A stretch of 63,954 nucleotides of DNA, filler included, from an uncultured Acidimicrobiia bacterium (lineage in GTDB: Bacteria > Actinomycetota > Acidimicrobiia > Spongiisociales > JAOTWH01), in the NCBI GenBank assembly GCA_964347285.1. It is 4 parts of 4 records of this genome, joined end to end, with 100 filler letters (N's around TTAATTAATTAA, not from the genome) between each part and the next. Parts side by side here need not be neighbours in the genome. Positions count along the whole stretch, not along the records: positions 51,198 to 63,954 come from CAYFYE010000071.1; 3 more parts are not named here. One strand, given 5' to 3'. Below, piece by piece: positions 61,532 to 63,954 of the stretch (its first letter is position 1; each line of letters begins with the position of its first letter). The translations under genes were made by a program, and so were the position numbers. Under the pieces are notes generated by a model. The model was not told the origin of the DNA. It was given only the letters and a program-made list of their open reading frames with translations, and ran no database searches.

Positions 61532-62296
61532 GTGAAGATCGTCCGGGTGCACAGTGAGGTGGATGACATCGCCTACGGGTCGGTCGACGAGGATGGCATC
61601 CGCCTCCATCGGGGCAGTCCCTTCGTGGCCTGGGAGCCGACCGAGGCGTTGGTGCCGTTTGCCGAAGCTCGGCTGCTGGCTCCGGTATTTCCCACCAAGG
61701 TGGTGGGAATCGGACGCAACTACGCGGGGCATACCGGTGAAATGGGAGCCGAACGACCCGAGGAGCCCCTGATATTCCTCAAACCCTCCACTGCGGTCAT
61801 CGGTCCCGGCGAAGCGGTGCGCTATCCGCCCGACAGCCATGAGGTCCACCATGAGGCCGAACTGGCAGTGGTGATCGGCAAGGTTGCCCGCAACGTTGCG
61901 ATCGAAGATGCCGGCGCTCACATCATCGGCTACACCGCCGCCAACGACATCACGGCCCGCGACCTGCAGCGCTCTGACGAGCAATGGACGCGGGCCAAGG
62001 GTTTCGACACCTTCTGTCCTCTCGGCCCGGCGGTGGAAACCGAGTTCGATCCCGCCGAGGGCATGGCGATCATTGCCAGGGTCAACGGCGAGGTGCGCCA
62101 GGAGGCGACGACGACCGATCTCATCTTCGGGGTCGGCGAGCTGGTGGCCTTCGTCTCACGAATCATGACCCTGTTGCCGGGGGATGTGGTGCTCACCGGG
62201 ACACCGCAGGGAGTCGGCCCGGTGCAACCCGGTGACGTCATCGAGGTCGAGATCGAGGGGATCGGCATCCTCCGGAACCCGGTGGTGCCGGGGTGA
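61532..62296 (+). CDS. Fumarylacetoacetate hydrolase family protein
   Basis: GRNY..H, FLKP, HEAELAVVIG, NDITARD and LTGTP.GVG. Confidence 0.92.
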   Translation: MKIVRVHSEVDDIAYGSVDEDGIRLHRGSPFVAWEPTEALVPFAEARLLAPVFPTKVVGIGRNYAGHTGEMGAERPEEPLIFLKPSTAVIGPGEAVRYPPDSHEVHHEAELAVVIGKVARNVAIEDAGAHIIGYTAANDITARDLQRSDEQWTRAKGFDTFCPLGPAVETEFDPAEGMAIIARVNGEVRQEATTTDLIFGVGELVAFVSRIMTLLPGDVVLTGTPQGVGPVQPGDVIEVEIEGIGILRNPVVPG

Positions 62297-63744
62297 GCGT
62301 CCGGGTGCGCTTCGCTCCCTCTCCAACGGGTTACCTGCACGTCGGTACGGCTCGGACGGCGCTGTTCAACTGGCTGGTGGCCCGTCATACCGGGGGCGTC
62401 TTCATCGTTCGCAGCGACGACACCGACCAGGAGCGCAGCACCGCTGAGTACTACCGGGATGTGGTGGTCGGCTTGCGCTGGCTCGGCCTGGACTGGGACG
62501 AGGGGATCGAGGTGGGAGGACCGCACGGGGAGTACCGCCAGAGCCGGCGCCTGCCGCGTTACACGGAGGCGGCGGAGCAACTGGTGGCCGGCGGGTCGGC
62601 CTATCCGTGTTTCTGCAGCGCCGCAGAACTGGAGGAGCGTCGAAGTACCGCCATGGCTGAAGGCCGGCCCCCGGGCTACGACGGCCGGTGCCGGACCCTC
62701 TCTGCCAGCGAGGCAACCCTACGGCGCCAACGGGGCGAGCCGTCGTCGCTGCGCTTTGCCGTCCCCCGGCCTGCTGAAACCGTTTTCAGCGATGTCGTCC
62801 GGGGCGAGGTCCGTTTCGATCACGACAACATCGATGACTTCGTCATGCTTCGTTCCGACGGGTCACCGACCTATCACCTGGCCAGCTCGGTCGACGACGT
62901 CGATTTCGCCATCACCCATGTCATCAGGGGAGAGGACCTCCTCCCCTCCACCCCCAAGCACATTCTCCTGGGGCGAGCGCTGGGAGGCCCGGCGATCGCA
63001 TACGCTCACCTGTCCCTGTTGCACGGTCCCGACGGCCGCAAGCTGTCGAAGCGCCACGGTGCCACCGCCCTGCATGAGTACCGGGATGCCGGATTCCTGC
63101 CCGACGCCATGTTCAACTACCTCGCCATCCTCGGCTGGTCGCCGGGGGAAGACGAGACCCTCGTGTCACGAGAAGAGGCCGTGGAGCGATTCGACCTGGC
63201 GGCGGTGTCCCGGAACCCGGCCGTGTTCGACCGGCAGAAGCTGGAGTGGATGAACGGCGTGTACATCCGCTCCCTGAGTGCCGAGGAATTCACGGCGCGC
63301 AGTCTGCCCTCGGTCGAGTCGGGCCTACAACGAGCCCTCGGCGAGCAGGAACGGGAGGCGTTTGCACTTCTGGCTCCGGCCGTTCAGGAGCGGGCCAAGT
63401 TGCTCACCGAGGTGACCGATCAAGTGTCCTTCCTTTTCGTAGCCGAGCCGTCCTTCGACGAAGCCTCGTGGAACAAAGTGATGACGGGCGCCGAGGCGCC
63501 GGTCGCCCTCGAGGGGGCCATCGCCGCGCTGGCCGCCATCGAAGACTGGAAGGTGGGTGAGATAGAGGCGGTGCTGCGAACCATGCTCGAGGAGCACGAT
63601 CTGTCGGCCCGCAAGGGTCTTCAGCCGCTGCGGGTGGCGGTCACCGGATCGTCGGTGAGTCCGCCGCTCTTCGAGTCCATGGCCGCTCTCGGAAAGGAGC
63701 CCACGCTGCACCGCCTCGAGGCGGCGCTGGCCCGACTCGGATGA
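62293..63744 (+). CDS. gltX: Glutamate--tRNA ligase
   Basis: RFAPSPTGYLHVG, IRGED, KLSKR and SPPLF. Confidence 0.96.
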   Translation: MSVRVRFAPSPTGYLHVGTARTALFNWLVARHTGGVFIVRSDDTDQERSTAEYYRDVVVGLRWLGLDWDEGIEVGGPHGEYRQSRRLPRYTEAAEQLVAGGSAYPCFCSAAELEERRSTAMAEGRPPGYDGRCRTLSASEATLRRQRGEPSSLRFAVPRPAETVFSDVVRGEVRFDHDNIDDFVMLRSDGSPTYHLASSVDDVDFAITHVIRGEDLLPSTPKHILLGRALGGPAIAYAHLSLLHGPDGRKLSKRHGATALHEYRDAGFLPDAMFNYLAILGWSPGEDETLVSREEAVERFDLAAVSRNPAVFDRQKLEWMNGVYIRSLSAEEFTARSLPSVESGLQRALGEQEREAFALLAPAVQERAKLLTEVTDQVSFLFVAEPSFDEASWNKVMTGAEAPVALEGAIAALAAIEDWKVGEIEAVLRTMLEEHDLSARKGLQPLRVAVTGSSVSPPLFESMAALGKEPTLHRLEAALARLG

Positions 63745-63782
63745 CCCGGGGCAAACGGGGCGTTGGTATCCTCGTGGAGCTT

Positions 63783-63854
63783 TCGGGGGTGGTGTAATTG
63801 GCAACACGGCAGGTTCTGGTCCTGTAATTGAGGGTTCGAGTCCTTCCCCCCGAG
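63783..63854 (+). tRNA. tRNA-Gln(CTG)
   Basis: Cloverleaf: acceptor TCGGGGG/CCCCCGA, anticodon loop TTCTGGT, T loop TTCGAGT. Confidence 0.96.
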
Positions 63855-63878
63855 CGGCGCCGTGCGGCGCTCACCCAA

Positions 63879-63954
63879 GGCCCCGTCGTCTAGCGGCCTA
63901 GGACGCCGGCCTCTCAAGCCGGTAACGCCGGTTCAAATCCGGTCGGGGCTACCA
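63879..63954 (+). tRNA. tRNA-Glu(CTC)
   Basis: Anticodon arm CCGGC-CTCTCAA-GCCGG, T loop TTCAAAT and an encoded CCA. Confidence 0.97.

Noticed and set aside
63783..63954. tRNAs as an integration site
   Set aside because: The window ends at the CCA, with no integrase or att duplicate visible. gltX-tRNA-Gln-tRNA-Glu is ordinary actinobacterial synteny.

Overview
High-GC bacterial DNA, most consistent with an Actinomycetota genome, possibly Acidimicrobiia (inferred from F420-type enzymes, leaderless genes and the gltX-tRNA-Gln-tRNA-Glu locus). The window is not one locus: it holds four contigs joined by artificial 100-nt N/TTAATTAATTAA spacers (1-17054, 17155-34083, 34184-51097, 51198-63954), plus a 100-N scaffold gap. 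Contig 1 carries a rimK/protease/deacylase trio, a GAF-GGDEF cyclase and a tryptophan to kynurenine to anthranilate to 2-aminobenzoyl-CoA catabolic cluster with an embedded TrpB2. Contig 2 carries a DUF5671-like membrane operon, hpt, a heterodimeric ABC exporter, a two-component system, a CUT1 ABC importer, qor and a hydrolase. Contig 3 carries nucleotide-sugar enzymes, an amine-dehydrogenase-like protein, an ArsR-type regulator, a putative metal-handling operon, a cysteine-desulfurase-like gene, PFOR with a DHODH-like partner, lgt and small genes. Contig 4 carries a giant Calx-beta/PKD surface protein, pepN, usp, serA, pgpA, an FAH-family gene, gltX and two tRNAs. The most striking observation is a ~130-nt minus-strand RNA (41090 to 40958) absent from the ORF track. 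It has a TPP-riboswitch-like aptamer with an altered pyrophosphate-sensing junction, is enclosed in an 18-bp stem, has its own TATACT promoter with a DosR/DevR-like box, and has no downstream sense gene to regulate.
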